Below, piece by piece: positions 24,033 through 34,146 of a stretch of 54,070 nt of DNA (position 1 is the first letter of the stretch; each line of letters opens with the position of its first letter). Where the stretch lies: assembly GCA_007376145.1 (NCBI GenBank), contig VMFP01000007.1, positions 1-54,070 on the forward strand. The letters run 5' to 3'. The translations under genes were made by a program, and so were the position numbers. This DNA comes from Parcubacteria group bacterium Gr01-1014_38. Lineage in GTDB: Bacteria > Patescibacteriota > Andersenbacteria > UBA10190 > CAIZMI01. Under the pieces are notes generated by a model. The model did no database searches. It was not told the DNA's origin and saw nothing but the letters and a program-made list of their open reading frames with translations.

Positions 24033-25433
24033 GTGCGAGGGATGCGAGGAACGACCGGAGCGCTTGCGTTGCTTCTTTTCAGCGTGTTCGGGCTCTCGGC
24101 GTATGCGGGTGGCGGCGGACGTGTGCTTTCCGCGGAAGCGGTCGGCTTGGTGTATCCGTCAACGAACGGGAAGGACAAGCTCCCGGACGGATTTCTCATT
24201 CAGGCGCAGGGGAAGCCCGAGGTCTACGTGATCAGGGGCGGGAAGAAGAGCCCTCTCCACCGCCCCATCCTCGATCGCTGGCTGGCTGAAGCGCACTACT
24301 TCAAGCACGACGTGATCATTCAGTTTCCTGCCTCCGAGTTGGCGAAGTACCAAACTGCTTCACCGCGGAATACGTTCTTCATGGGGAGGATCCTTACCGC
24401 CGGGGGGCCCCGATACTTCATTGACGACCAGCTCCGGCGGCGGCCGATCTCCCCCGCCGTCCAAGCGGCGCTGAAGTACCCGTCGCGGATTCTCTACACC
24501 GTCCCGCAGGGGATTCTCGACGCGTTTCCGGAAGGACCCGCCATTACGCGCACCGATCGGCACCCCGGCGGGACGGTGATGTACCACGGCCCGTACCACG
24601 GCGGCACGGTGTACCTCATCCGCGGGGATGATACGAAGCACGAATTTCTCCAGGACTACATCTACGAAACCATGGGCTTTCCGTGGAGCAGCCAAATTCT
24701 TCCCGTGAGCGCCGAGGAACTTGCGCGGTACAAGCGGGGGGCGCATCTCTCGACCTACCCGGACGGGTGGATTGTGGGGAAGGACACTCTGTTGTACCTC
24801 ACGCAGGGCGGGAAGCTGCGCTGGATTTCCGGCAAGGCGATCTTCAATGCTCTGCAGTACAACCCGAAATACGTGCTGCGCGTGTTTCCCGAGTTCTTCA
24901 AGCAGTACGGCACGGGCGATCCCGTCACGGCGTTCAAGACCGTGACGGCAACCGTCTCCGGCGATTCCGTCCGCAATGCCTATGCTGCCGTGGGGCTGGC
25001 GGCTCCCGGAGCGACAGGCACCAGCGTCACGGGGTCCCTCCGTGTTCCGCCGGAGATTCGTCAGCTCATTACGAACGTCAACACGTTCTTTTTACAGATT
25101 TATGACCGGAATCCGACGCCGGAGGAAAATCGCTTCTGGGTGGACTATCTGTACAAAGGGGAGGCGCAGACCAAAGAAGAGTTCATCGAAGCGCTGAAAG
25201 ATGCGAAGGCCGGCGGACGTCGGCCCACGATTACCTCGCGGGATGCTGTGCTTCCTCCCGAACAGCTCCTCCGGTATGTGAATTTCCTTTTCCACTACGT
25301 CTTCGGACGATTCCCGGACGGCGATGAGAAAACCTTCTGGGACAATCGAGTGACCTCCGGTCTTCGGAAAACCATCACCGACCTCGGCGGCAACATGCAG
25401 TACCTGAAGGATCAGGGGATGACGAAGCGGTGA
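24033..25433 (+). CDS. Secreted hypothetical protein with C-terminal DUF4214-like repeats
   Basis: It has the signal peptide MRGMRGTTGALALLLFSVFGLSAYA. Two C-terminal blocks (FFLQIYDRNPTPEENRFWVDYL, FHYVFGRFPDGDEKTFWDNRV) resemble DUF4214. Confidence 0.6.
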   Translation: MRGMRGTTGALALLLFSVFGLSAYAGGGGRVLSAEAVGLVYPSTNGKDKLPDGFLIQAQGKPEVYVIRGGKKSPLHRPILDRWLAEAHYFKHDVIIQFPASELAKYQTASPRNTFFMGRILTAGGPRYFIDDQLRRRPISPAVQAALKYPSRILYTVPQGILDAFPEGPAITRTDRHPGGTVMYHGPYHGGTVYLIRGDDTKHEFLQDYIYETMGFPWSSQILPVSAEELARYKRGAHLSTYPDGWIVGKDTLLYLTQGGKLRWISGKAIFNALQYNPKYVLRVFPEFFKQYGTGDPVTAFKTVTATVSGDSVRNAYAAVGLAAPGATGTSVTGSLRVPPEIRQLITNVNTFFLQIYDRNPTPEENRFWVDYLYKGEAQTKEEFIEALKDAKAGGRRPTITSRDAVLPPEQLLRYVNFLFHYVFGRFPDGDEKTFWDNRVTSGLRKTITDLGGNMQYLKDQGMTKR

Positions 25434-25475
25434 ACTTGAATTTTTCGGCGCGCCAATGCAGGCTGTCTCGGTGAC

Positions 25476-26768
25476 ATGAAGGTTGCCGTCGAGAAGGCCC
25501 CGAAATCCCGGGTGCAACTCCGCGTGGAAGTACCGCCTGATGAGGTTCAACCGTTTCTCGAGCGTGCGGCGCGCGAGCTCTCCAAGGAGCACGCCCCGAA
25601 AGGCTTTCGGCCCGGAGCGGTTCCATTCGAGGTGATGCGGAGCGCCGTGGGCGATCAGGCGCTCGTCGAACGAGCACTGAAGGAGTTCGTTCCCCGCACC
25701 TACGTGCAAGTACTCCTCGACCACGAGGACCTTGAAGCAGTCGGACAGCCCGAGGTAAAGGTTGAAGCCGTCGCGTTGGAGACTCCCTGGGTCTACCTGG
25801 CGACCGTCGCCGTGATCCCCGAGGTGCAGCTCGGGACGTACCAGAGCATTCGCGCCGAGCGCCGCGCCGTGACCGTGGACGACGCTGAAGTGCAGCGAGA
25901 ACTCGAGCGGTTGCGGAAGCTGCGCGCGAGTTACCTCACCGTGCCCCGAGGCGCACAGAACGGCGATCGGGTGGACGTTACGGTTTCTGCCACCGTGGAG
26001 CAGACACCGCTGGATATCGGATCGCCCGAGAAGCACCCGCTCATTCTTGGGGAGAGTCACTTCGTGCCGGGATTCGAGCAGCATCTCCTCGGGATGCGTG
26101 AAGGTGAGCAGAAGACGTTCTCCCTCGCCTTTCCAGAGAATCATCATCAGTCGCAGCTCTGCGGGAAGACTGTGGAATTTACCGTGACCATGGGGACGGT
26201 CCAGCAGCGCGTGCTCCCTGCACTTGATGACGCGTTCGCCCGTGGGCTCGGGAAGTTCTCCGGTCTCCAGCAGCTCACAGAGCAATTCACGAAGAACCTG
26301 CGGGAGGAGAAGGAGGCCCGTGAGCAGGATCGGTTCCAGCAGGATCTCCTCCGAGAGGTGGTCGCGCAGGCGACGTACGGGGAATTCCCCGACGTGCTCG
26401 TGGAGCGGGAGCTGGACACCATGCTTGCAGAGCTCAAGGAAGGGATAGCCGACCTCGGTCTCTCTTTCGAGGTGTACTTGAGTCAATTGCGCAAGAGTCC
26501 GGCGGAGCTTAAGGTCCAGTGGCAGCCCCAAGCCCTCACGCGGCTCCGTGCGGGGTTGGCGCTCCGCGCCATCGCCAAAGCGGAGAAGATCGCCGCGACT
26601 GATGCGGAAATCCAGGAAGAGATCAACGGCGTGCTGAAGCAGTTTCCCAACCTCGAGGAAGCAAAGAAGCGCCTCGACCTCGATGCGCTGAGCGATCTCG
26701 CGGCCGGTACCGTGCGGAATCGGAAAGTCTTCACGTTCCTCGAAGGTCTTGCCAACCGGCGATCCTAA
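25476..26768 (+). CDS. tig: Trigger factor
   Basis: 430-aa ORF with the N-terminal block [28 protein letters not shown] and trigger-factor PPIase/C-domain organisation. It lies directly upstream of clpP. Confidence 0.85.
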   Translation: MKVAVEKAPKSRVQLRVEVPPDEVQPFLERAARELSKEHAPKGFRPGAVPFEVMRSAVGDQALVERALKEFVPRTYVQVLLDHEDLEAVGQPEVKVEAVALETPWVYLATVAVIPEVQLGTYQSIRAERRAVTVDDAEVQRELERLRKLRASYLTVPRGAQNGDRVDVTVSATVEQTPLDIGSPEKHPLILGESHFVPGFEQHLLGMREGEQKTFSLAFPENHHQSQLCGKTVEFTVTMGTVQQRVLPALDDAFARGLGKFSGLQQLTEQFTKNLREEKEAREQDRFQQDLLREVVAQATYGEFPDVLVERELDTMLAELKEGIADLGLSFEVYLSQLRKSPAELKVQWQPQALTRLRAGLALRAIAKAEKIAATDAEIQEEINGVLKQFPNLEEAKKRLDLDALSDLAAGTVRNRKVFTFLEGLANRRS

Positions 26769-26814
26769 GCGACGGACTGGACCCGGCACATACTCCCCCG
26801 CTATACTGTCTCCC

Positions 26815-27459
26815 ATGAGTCGACCTTCCCAAGGTTTTCCCCGGAATGATGACGACCGTGATCCCGGACTGTACCTTATCCCCACCGTCATTGAGAAAAG
26901 CCAATTCGGGGAGCGCGCCTACGATATCTACTCGCGTCTCTTAAAGGAGCGCATCATCTTCTTGGGCAGTCCCATCAGTGACGCAGTCGCGAATACCGTG
27001 ATTGCGCAGCTCGTGTTCCTCGATAATCAAGATCCCAAGCGTGACATCATGCTGTACATCAACTCCCCGGGCGGGGTCGTGACGGCTGGGCTCGCGATTT
27101 ACGACACGATGCAGTACGTGTCGTGCCATGTCTCCACCACCTGTGTGGGGATTGCCGCGAGCATGGCCGCGACGCTCCTCGCCGCCGGGGCGAAGGGGAA
27201 GCGCATCGCGTTGCCGAATTCCGAAGTGCTTCTCCATCAAGTCATGGGCGGCGCGGAGGGTCAAGCCACGGATGTCGAAATCTCCGCGAAGCATCTTCTC
27301 TCCATCAAGGAGCGCCTGAACAAAATCCTCGCAAAGCACACCGGGCAACCCATCGGCAAGATTGCCAAAGACACGGACCGCGACTTTTACCTGAGCGCGG
27401 AAGAAGCCAAAGAGTACGGCGTCGTTGACAAGATTGTCGTCCCGAAGAAAGGCGCGTGA
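26815..27459 (+). CDS. clpP: ATP-dependent Clp protease proteolytic subunit
   Basis: Motifs are [46 protein letters not shown] (catalytic Ser), LLHQ (His) and [10 protein letters not shown]. Confidence 0.92.
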   Translation: MSRPSQGFPRNDDDRDPGLYLIPTVIEKSQFGERAYDIYSRLLKERIIFLGSPISDAVANTVIAQLVFLDNQDPKRDIMLYINSPGGVVTAGLAIYDTMQYVSCHVSTTCVGIAASMAATLLAAGAKGKRIALPNSEVLLHQVMGGAEGQATDVEISAKHLLSIKERLNKILAKHTGQPIGKIAKDTDRDFYLSAEEAKEYGVVDKIVVPKKGA

Positions 27460-27518
27460 GGAAGCGCCGGCGTGCGGCGTAAGCGAGGAGACCTCATTCT
27501 TTAGGTCCTGTCATTCCT

Positions 27519-29036
27519 ATGCCGTTCAACATCTTTCGGTCCCTGCGTCCGCGCTCCACGTCCCCTGAAGCGCCGGCGGTGCCAGCGGTGGCCTCCCGGG
27601 CGCGAACCACCGTGCGTCGTCCGGAGTCTCCGTCCCCCGACGCTGCGCACGTCGAAGCCCAGCGCATTCTTCTCGACGCCCAGCAGTCCGCACTCGAACT
27701 TCGGAAGCGTGTGGACGAAGAGATTCGTCGGGAGCGCGAACAGCTCCATTCACTGGAGCGCAAGCTTACCGAGCGGGAGGATCGGGTCTCTCAAAAACTC
27801 GAGGCGCTGGAGCAGAAGGCGCTGCGGCTCCAGGAGCGCGTCGCCGAGGTGAACGCCAAGCAAGCAGCGCTCAACGACGAGCGTCTCCGGTTGCAGCGGG
27901 AACTGGAGGACGTTGCCTCCTTGACCAAGCAGGAGGCCGCGGCCCGTGTTCTCGCCCTCGCGGAAGAAGAGGCGAAGGTGGACATCGTCCGCCGCGTGCG
28001 GAAACTCGAAGGGCAAGCGCAGGAAGATCTTGAGAAGAAAGCGCACCTCCTCCTCGCGTCGGTGATCCAGCGGTACGCGGCGCCCCACGTCGCAGAGAAC
28101 TCGACGACGGGCGTGCATCTCCCCAATGATGAGATCAAAGGGCGGATTATCGGAAAGGAGGGTCGGAACATCCGAGCGCTCGAAGCAGCGACGGGGTGCG
28201 ATATCATTGTGGATGAAACGCCGGGCACCATTGTGGTCTCGGGGTTCAACCCGCTCCGGAGGGAAGTCGCGAAGCGCGCTCTCGAGCGCCTCGTCGCCGA
28301 CGGGCGCATCCAGCCTGCGCGCATCGAGGAGGTCGTTGCGACCGTGAAGCAGGAGATTGCCGAGGAAATTCGCGCCGCGGGGGAAGAGGCCTGCTATGAC
28401 CTCGGCATCACCGACTTCCCCCCATCGCTCGTGCAGCTCATCGGCCGTCTCAAGTACCGCACGTCGTACGGGCAGAGTATTCTCCAGCACTCGTGGGAAG
28501 CCGCGCGCATTGGCGCGATGCTTGCGGAAGAGCTTGGTGCGGACGTGAACGTCGTGAAACGCGCGGTGCTCCTCCACGATGTCGGGAAAGCGGTGGATCA
28601 CGAAGTGGAGGGCACGCACGTCGAGATTGGCGAGGAAATCATGAAGAAGTACGGCGTTCCCGAGGCGGTGCGGAAGGCTGCTGCGGCCCACCACGAGGAG
28701 TACCCGTATGAGACGGTCGAAGCGATCATTGTGCAGGTCGCCGACGCGATTAGTGCCTCCCGGCCCGGTGCCCGTCGCGAGAGCTACGAGGAGTACGTGA
28801 AACGGCTTTCAGAGCTGGAAGAGATTGCCATCTCCTTTGACGGCGTCGAGAAAGCGTATGCGATCTCCGCCGGACGGGAAGTCCGGGTGTTCGTGGAGCC
28901 GAAGAGAGTGGATGACCTCCAGGCGGTGCGCCTCGCCCAGGGGATTGCGGCCAAGATCGAGCAGGAGCTGAAGTACCCCGGAGAGGTGAAAGTCAGCGTG
29001 ATCCGAGAGACACGCGCGGAAGCAACGGCGCGGTGA
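27519..29036 (+). CDS. rny: Ribonuclease Y
   Basis: It has a coiled-coil N-terminal half, a KH block (IKGRIIGKEGRNIRALE) and an HD block (LLHDVGKAVDHE). Confidence 0.9.
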   Translation: MPFNIFRSLRPRSTSPEAPAVPAVASRARTTVRRPESPSPDAAHVEAQRILLDAQQSALELRKRVDEEIRREREQLHSLERKLTEREDRVSQKLEALEQKALRLQERVAEVNAKQAALNDERLRLQRELEDVASLTKQEAAARVLALAEEEAKVDIVRRVRKLEGQAQEDLEKKAHLLLASVIQRYAAPHVAENSTTGVHLPNDEIKGRIIGKEGRNIRALEAATGCDIIVDETPGTIVVSGFNPLRREVAKRALERLVADGRIQPARIEEVVATVKQEIAEEIRAAGEEACYDLGITDFPPSLVQLIGRLKYRTSYGQSILQHSWEAARIGAMLAEELGADVNVVKRAVLLHDVGKAVDHEVEGTHVEIGEEIMKKYGVPEAVRKAAAAHHEEYPYETVEAIIVQVADAISASRPGARRESYEEYVKRLSELEEIAISFDGVEKAYAISAGREVRVFVEPKRVDDLQAVRLAQGIAAKIEQELKYPGEVKVSVIRETRAEATAR

Positions 29037-29054
29037 GTTCGGTATTTTAACCGC

Positions 29055-30272
29055 ATGGTGCGTATACCGTCGCGCTCCAGCGCCTCGTGGCACCGTCTCT
29101 TTACCGAAGATGCGAGTGCGAAAATCCTCGCACTCGCGCTTGCCTTTGTTCTCTGGATCGCCGTGACGTTCCTCGGCAGCCGGACGGTGACCGCGGAAGG
29201 AGTCACGGTGAGCGTGAGCAATCTCCGCGAGGACCTCGCGCTGGCTTCCCCACTCGAATCCGTGCGGGTGCGGATCCGTGCGCCCCGGACGGTGTTCCAA
29301 GAACGTGGACCGAGTGACCTCGTCCGCGCGTTCGTGGACCTGGCGGGGAGGGGTGTGGGAGCGCAGTCGGCGGAGGTCACGGTGGTCCCGGCGGATCCGC
29401 GGGTGAGTATCCTCGTGGTACTTCCCACTCGGATCAACTTCACACTTGATCCCATCGTTCAGCGATCGCTGCCTGTCAAAGTCATTCCGGAAGGCGCGCC
29501 CGCGTCGGGGTATCGAACGGGGGAAGCAAGCAGCGACCCCGCCACGGTGCAGGTCCGCGGCGCACTCGGTCGACTTCAAGCCACCCTGGCGATCGAGGCG
29601 GTGGTCCCCGTCCACGGGGCCACGGCGCCGTTCGACGGTGACGTGTCCCTCCGTCCGCCCGAGGGCTTGCACCCCCTCCTCGATCGTGTCCGCGTGAAAC
29701 TGGAGATCGTGCAGGCGGAAGAGACAAAGACGCTCGGCGTGCGCGTGGTGACGTCGGGGAGTCCTGCACCGGGATACTGGGTACGAGCCGTGACCACGGA
29801 TCCGGTCGTCGTCACCGTGCGGGGACCGCGCGGAGCGCTCGACCCTCGCTCCTTTATTGAGACAGTCCCACTCCGCCTCGATGGCGCGCGTGCTCCCCTC
29901 CAGCAGACGCTGGATCTCGTCTTGCCCGAAAACGTCACGGTCGTCGGAGGAGAGCCGAAGGTTCGGGTGCAGGCCGAGGTGGTTCCTCTCGAGGGGACAA
30001 GGGACGTGCGGGCCATGGTGCAAGTCAGCAGCGTTCCGGATGGACTCCGGGTCGCCACCGTGTCCCCCAACAGCGTACGGGTGATCGTGCAGGGAAGCGC
30101 AGACGCTCTCGCTCGCCTCCGCGACGGCGACGTCGTGTCCGTCGTCTCGGCAAGCGGCCGCGATGTCGGAACGTTCATCGTGCAAAGCCGGCGGGAAGAC
30201 GTGCGCGCGCCCGAGGATGTCCGGGCGGTGTCCGTGGAGAGCATGGAGATTTCCGTTACGCTGGAACGGTAG
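29055..30272 (+). CDS. YbbR-domain-containing protein (CdaR-like)
   Basis: It has an N-terminal anchor (AKILALALAFVLWIAVTF) followed by repeated YbbR-like beta modules. No cdaA is adjacent. Confidence 0.65.
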   Translation: MVRIPSRSSASWHRLFTEDASAKILALALAFVLWIAVTFLGSRTVTAEGVTVSVSNLREDLALASPLESVRVRIRAPRTVFQERGPSDLVRAFVDLAGRGVGAQSAEVTVVPADPRVSILVVLPTRINFTLDPIVQRSLPVKVIPEGAPASGYRTGEASSDPATVQVRGALGRLQATLAIEAVVPVHGATAPFDGDVSLRPPEGLHPLLDRVRVKLEIVQAEETKTLGVRVVTSGSPAPGYWVRAVTTDPVVVTVRGPRGALDPRSFIETVPLRLDGARAPLQQTLDLVLPENVTVVGGEPKVRVQAEVVPLEGTRDVRAMVQVSSVPDGLRVATVSPNSVRVIVQGSADALARLRDGDVVSVVSASGRDVGTFIVQSRREDVRAPEDVRAVSVESMEISVTLER

Positions 30273-30278
30273 CCAGCC

Positions 30279-31127
30279 ATGACAACGCCACGAATCGGGC
30301 TCCATATTTCTGGCGCGGGGGGCCTCGCGGACGCTCCCCTCCGTGCCAAGGCGCTTGGCTGCGAGTGCTTCCAGTTCTTTTCCCGCAGCCCTCGCGGCGG
30401 TGGAGCACCACCGATTTCCGCAGAGACGGCGAAACTCTTCCGTTCACGCTGCAAAACCTGGAAGCTTGAGTCGTACATCCATGCGCCGTACTACATCAAC
30501 TTCGCGTCGAGCAATAACCGCGTGTCGTTCGGTTCGGTGTCGGCCGTCCGCGAAGAGCTGGAACGCGGAACGCTCCTCGGGGCGACGTACGTGATGACCC
30601 ACCTCGGAAGTGCCTCCGATCTCGGGGAGAACGCGGCGCTTCGCCAAGCCATCGATCGGATCACGGCGATCTTCGATCCAAAGAAGGGCGGACCATACGC
30701 GACGCAGCTCCTCATCGAGATCTCTGCGGGCGCCGGTGGCATCATCGGCGATACCTTCGAGCACCTCGCGTTCATCCTCAAAGGGGTGGGACGACCCGAC
30801 CTCGGGATCTGTCTCGACACCTGTCACCTCTTCGCCTCTGGGTATGACCTTCGGACACCGACGGCGATTTCGGCGACCATGCGCGCGTTCAAGAAGCACA
30901 TCCCGCTTTCGCGCTTCCAGCTCGTGCACGCGAACGACTCCGCCCGCGACTTCGGTGAGCACAAAGACCGCCACACGGACATCGGCGATGGGCGCCTCGG
31001 CGTGGACACGTTCCGGTTTCTCCTCCGCCACCGCGATTTCCGCGGCCGGAATTTCGTCTTAGAAACGCCGGGGGCAGACGCGCGGCGGAGGAACGACGTC
31101 GCGCTCTTGAAGAAACTGCGCGGGTAA
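30279..31127 (+). CDS. nfo: Endonuclease IV (AP endonuclease)
   Basis: Motifs are IGLHIS, HAPYYINFAS, VMTHLGS, LLIEISAG, ICLDTCHLFASGYD and HANDS..G..KDRHTDIGDGRLG. Confidence 0.9.
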   Translation: MTTPRIGLHISGAGGLADAPLRAKALGCECFQFFSRSPRGGGAPPISAETAKLFRSRCKTWKLESYIHAPYYINFASSNNRVSFGSVSAVREELERGTLLGATYVMTHLGSASDLGENAALRQAIDRITAIFDPKKGGPYATQLLIEISAGAGGIIGDTFEHLAFILKGVGRPDLGICLDTCHLFASGYDLRTPTAISATMRAFKKHIPLSRFQLVHANDSARDFGEHKDRHTDIGDGRLGVDTFRFLLRHRDFRGRNFVLETPGADARRRNDVALLKKLRG

Positions 31128-31139
31128 CGTTCGGCACTG

Positions 31140-31796
31140 ATGACGCGCGATGAGAAGGCAAGGGAGCTTCAGAAAATCGCTGATGAGGTTGAGCTCTGCC
31201 AGCTGTGTCCACTCTACAAGACCGGTACGAGGGGGGTACCGGGAGAGGGGAACCCAGAGGCAGAGATTCTGTTCATCGGCGAAGGGCCCGGTCAGAAGGA
31301 AGACGAGCTGGGACGGCCATTCGTCGGGCCGGCTGGGCAGCTCCTGGAAGAGCTCCTCCGCCACGTTGGGCTGACGCGGAGCGATGTGTACATCGCCAAC
31401 GTCATCAAGCACCGGCCGCCGGGGAACCGCGATCCGCTTCCCGACGAGCTCGAAGCCTGCTGGCCGTACCTCCGCCGGCAGATTGAGGTGATCCAACCAA
31501 AGGTGATCGTGCTCCTCGGGCGGCACGCACTCGAGCGCTTCCTGCCGGGGAAATCCATCAGCCAGGTGCGGGGGAAAGCGTACCGCGTCGGGGGCATGGT
31601 CTACTTCGCGATGTACCACCCGGCAGCTGCGCTCTACCAAGGAAGTCTCCGAGACACCCTCTTCACAGACATGGAGAAACTCCCCGCGATCTTGAAGCAG
31701 ATCAAGCAGGGGGACGGGATTCCCGAGCTGGAGCAGCCGAAGAAACCTTCCGAAGCAGCATCATCGGAGGACAGTACGCAAGGACAACTCCTTTAA
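31140..31796 (+). CDS. udg: Uracil-DNA glycosylase, family 4
   Basis: Motifs are CQLCPLY..VPGEGNPEAEILFIGEGPGQKEDELGRPFVGPAGQLL and HPAAALY. Confidence 0.88.
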   Translation: MTRDEKARELQKIADEVELCQLCPLYKTGTRGVPGEGNPEAEILFIGEGPGQKEDELGRPFVGPAGQLLEELLRHVGLTRSDVYIANVIKHRPPGNRDPLPDELEACWPYLRRQIEVIQPKVIVLLGRHALERFLPGKSISQVRGKAYRVGGMVYFAMYHPAAALYQGSLRDTLFTDMEKLPAILKQIKQGDGIPELEQPKKPSEAASSEDSTQGQLL

Positions 31797-31829
31797 AAAA
31801 GAAAAACCCCAACTGCGCGGCAACTGGGG
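31794..31829 (-). terminator. Intrinsic terminator for the minus-strand HAD gene, between convergent genes
   Basis: A GC hairpin CCCCA..TGGGG (31807-31829) is followed on the minus strand by a long T-rich run (A-run 31794-31806 on the plus strand). Confidence 0.5.
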
Positions 31830-31839
31830 TCAGGGAACG

Positions 31840-32484
31840 TCAGTCAACGATGCCGGGGACATCGGCGATGGAGTCTACGATGGTCACGTGTGCTCCGAAA
31901 CGCTCGAAGTCTGCTCGGTTGGCTGCGCCGGTGAGGACACCAATGAAGCGGCATCCGACTTCCCTTGCCATATGGGCATCATCGGTGTGGTCGCTCACGA
32001 CGTATGCGGATCGGGGGTCTCGTAAGTTGAGCTTGTGGAGCACCGCGCGCAGCGAATCTGGGTGCGGCTTCGGCGGCGTCCCGTCTTCCGGCGTGTGAAT
32101 AACATCGAAGAGCGTGCGTGGAAGGTTTGCTTCTCGGAGCCGATCGTCCAAGCGCCCCGAAGGCCCACGGTTGGTGTGGAGGGCAGTCGCAAGACCTCGT
32201 GCACGTAGTGTTTCCACCGTCGCCCGCGCTCCCGGATACGGCGGGTAGCCGTCAGTACATTCTTGTTCGAGCACGCGCCAGTGTTCGTGAAACACTTCTA
32301 CGTCTGCATCGGGAAGCGCATCCGCAAGGAGAACGCGCCAGTATGTTCCCCACCGCCGACGCACGTACTCCCAGTCAGGTTCCTGACAGCCAAGCGTCGC
32401 GACAATCCGCTTCATGAGCGTGATACCTTGCGTGAGTGAGTCAATCAGTGTTCCGTCAAAATCCAAGACTGCGGCACGGATCAT
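31840..32484 (-). CDS. HAD-superfamily hydrolase (phosphatase-like)
   Basis: MIRAAVLDFDGTLIDS carries the DxDxT motif I. A later block, YVVSDHTDDAHMAREVG, is also present. Confidence 0.75.
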   Translation of the reverse strand: MIRAAVLDFDGTLIDSLTQGITLMKRIVATLGCQEPDWEYVRRRWGTYWRVLLADALPDADVEVFHEHWRVLEQECTDGYPPYPGARATVETLRARGLATALHTNRGPSGRLDDRLREANLPRTLFDVIHTPEDGTPPKPHPDSLRAVLHKLNLRDPRSAYVVSDHTDDAHMAREVGCRFIGVLTGAANRADFERFGAHVTIVDSIADVPGIVD

Positions 32485-32616
32485 TCGATCTTCTCCTTCG
32501 TGAGAAAAAGAGCAATGGGTCAGTCCCACCGTGTAGTGTACGGTTCAGGCACTCGCGGTCAACTTGGAATCACGTGGTTTGACGCTGATCAGTGGGCCGG
32601 TACACTGGTGTGTGAC

Positions 32617-32702
32617 GCGGCCGTGGCGGAACTCGGTATACGCGCATGGTTGAGGGCCATGTGGGGCAACCCGTGTGGGTTCAAATCCCACCGGCCGCAC
32701 CA
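32617..32702 (+). tRNA. tRNA-Leu (anticodon GAG)
   Basis: Acceptor GCGGCCG/CGGCCGC, anticodon stem CATGG/CCATG with loop TTGAGGG, a long variable arm, T-loop TTCAAAT, encoded CCA. Confidence 0.85.
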
Positions 32703-32766
32703 GAAATCCACATGAGAGACGAAGAAAGCGGACTCTCGCAGAGAGTCCGCAGGGATGGGAACTGTG

Positions 32767-33807
32767 CTACTTCACTTCTTCGACACGCCACGAGAGTTCC
32801 TGCCCAGCATAGAAGGGAACAATGCCGCCGATCTCTTCGGGAACGGTCCACTGGTCCTTGACAAAACGCAACTTCGGAGGAAAACCCGTCGCTGGTCCAC
32901 GTGGATGGTAGAATTGGACCGCGAAGTCGTAGACAAAGGACTCCAGTCGGTCCAGCGCATGGTGCCGCTCGAAGATCTCGACAAGGAGCGGCAGCGCCAC
33001 CGGCGCTGTGAAGATTCCGGCGCAGCAGTCGTAGAGCCGAGTCTTTCCCTCGCGCGGGTGCGGCGCGCTGTCGGATCCGAAAAAGAATTTTGGACAGCCG
33101 CTGATAGCAGCTTGGATCAGGGCGTCGCGGTCCGCAGGATCTTTCGCTACTGGCTTGCAGTAGTGGTTCGGGCACATGCGGTCCCCGCCGACATCGTCAT
33201 GCGTCAGGAGCAAGTGATGGGCGGTGACGGTGGCCGCAACCGTGTCGGGAAGTCTCAATACGGTCTCCACTGCCTCCACTGTCGTGATGTGCTCGAGGAC
33301 AATTCGGAGGTTGGGGAATGTCCGGGCGAGAAAGCAAAGAGTCCGCAGGAAGGCACGCTCACGATCGCGGCCTCGGATGTGCGTTCCGGGCATCTCGCCG
33401 TGGAGGCACAGAACGAGATTGTGTTTTTCCATTGCTGCAAAGACGTCGCGCAAGGCGAAGTAATCCTCGATGCCGTCTTCCGCGTTGTGTGTGAGGCCTT
33501 TCGGGTAGGCTTTCCCCGCCACTACATCCTTCATTTGTGCCAGCTCGGCGATGGAGTGCGGATCGGTGTCCGGAAGAATTTTGAATGTCATGAGAGGCTT
33601 GAAACCACTTCCGGGTCCACTCGCCGCGAGAATCTCCTGCTGGTAGCGCGAGACATCGTCGTTCGTGCGGATCGGGGGCGTCAGGTTCGGCATGACGAGT
33701 GCACGGGCAAAGTACCGGGCAGTGATCGGCGCAACCGTCTTGAGCATCTCGCCATCGCGAAGGTGCACATGCATGTCCCATGGCTTTTGGATCGTGAATT
33801 GGTCCAT
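32767..33807 (-). CDS. pyrC: Dihydroorotase (E. coli-type, class II)
   Basis: MDQFTIQKPWDMHVHLRDGEMLKTVAPITARYFARALVMPNLTPPIRT closely follows the PyrC N-terminus. The start is taken at the ATG at 33807. Confidence 0.88.
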   Translation of the reverse strand: MDQFTIQKPWDMHVHLRDGEMLKTVAPITARYFARALVMPNLTPPIRTNDDVSRYQQEILAASGPGSGFKPLMTFKILPDTDPHSIAELAQMKDVVAGKAYPKGLTHNAEDGIEDYFALRDVFAAMEKHNLVLCLHGEMPGTHIRGRDRERAFLRTLCFLARTFPNLRIVLEHITTVEAVETVLRLPDTVAATVTAHHLLLTHDDVGGDRMCPNHYCKPVAKDPADRDALIQAAISGCPKFFFGSDSAPHPREGKTRLYDCCAGIFTAPVALPLLVEIFERHHALDRLESFVYDFAVQFYHPRGPATGFPPKLRFVKDQWTVPEEIGGIVPFYAGQELSWRVEEVK

Positions 33808-33952
33808 TGGATCCCCTTTCGTGTCTGGAGGGTTCGGCAGAGAGCCACTTTGTGAGAGAACGCCGAAGCATCGTATGGGGTGCGGCGCCACCAGTCAATT
33901 GTGTGGTGGTTGGACGCAAGAGCGTGACCCTGGCATCATAGGGTGCGCCAGC

Positions 33953-34027
33953 GGGCACCTAGCTCAGTGGTAGAGCGTCTCGTTTACACCGAGAAGGTCG
34001 GGGGTTCGATACCCTCGGTGCCCACCA
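33953..34027 (+). tRNA. tRNA-Val (anticodon UAC)
   Basis: Acceptor GGGCACC/GGTGCCC, anticodon stem TCTCG/CGAGA with loop TTTACAC, T-loop TTCGATA, encoded CCA. Confidence 0.85.
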
Positions 34028-34146
34028 TGCGGTTCCGTCCGTTGCGCTTCATCCCGGTGTGCATGGTAGGATATCTATGCAGCGCTCGCTGTACCGATTT
34101 CGGTTTGGACCATCACAATCTGTGAACGAGAAAGGAGAAACGTCTC

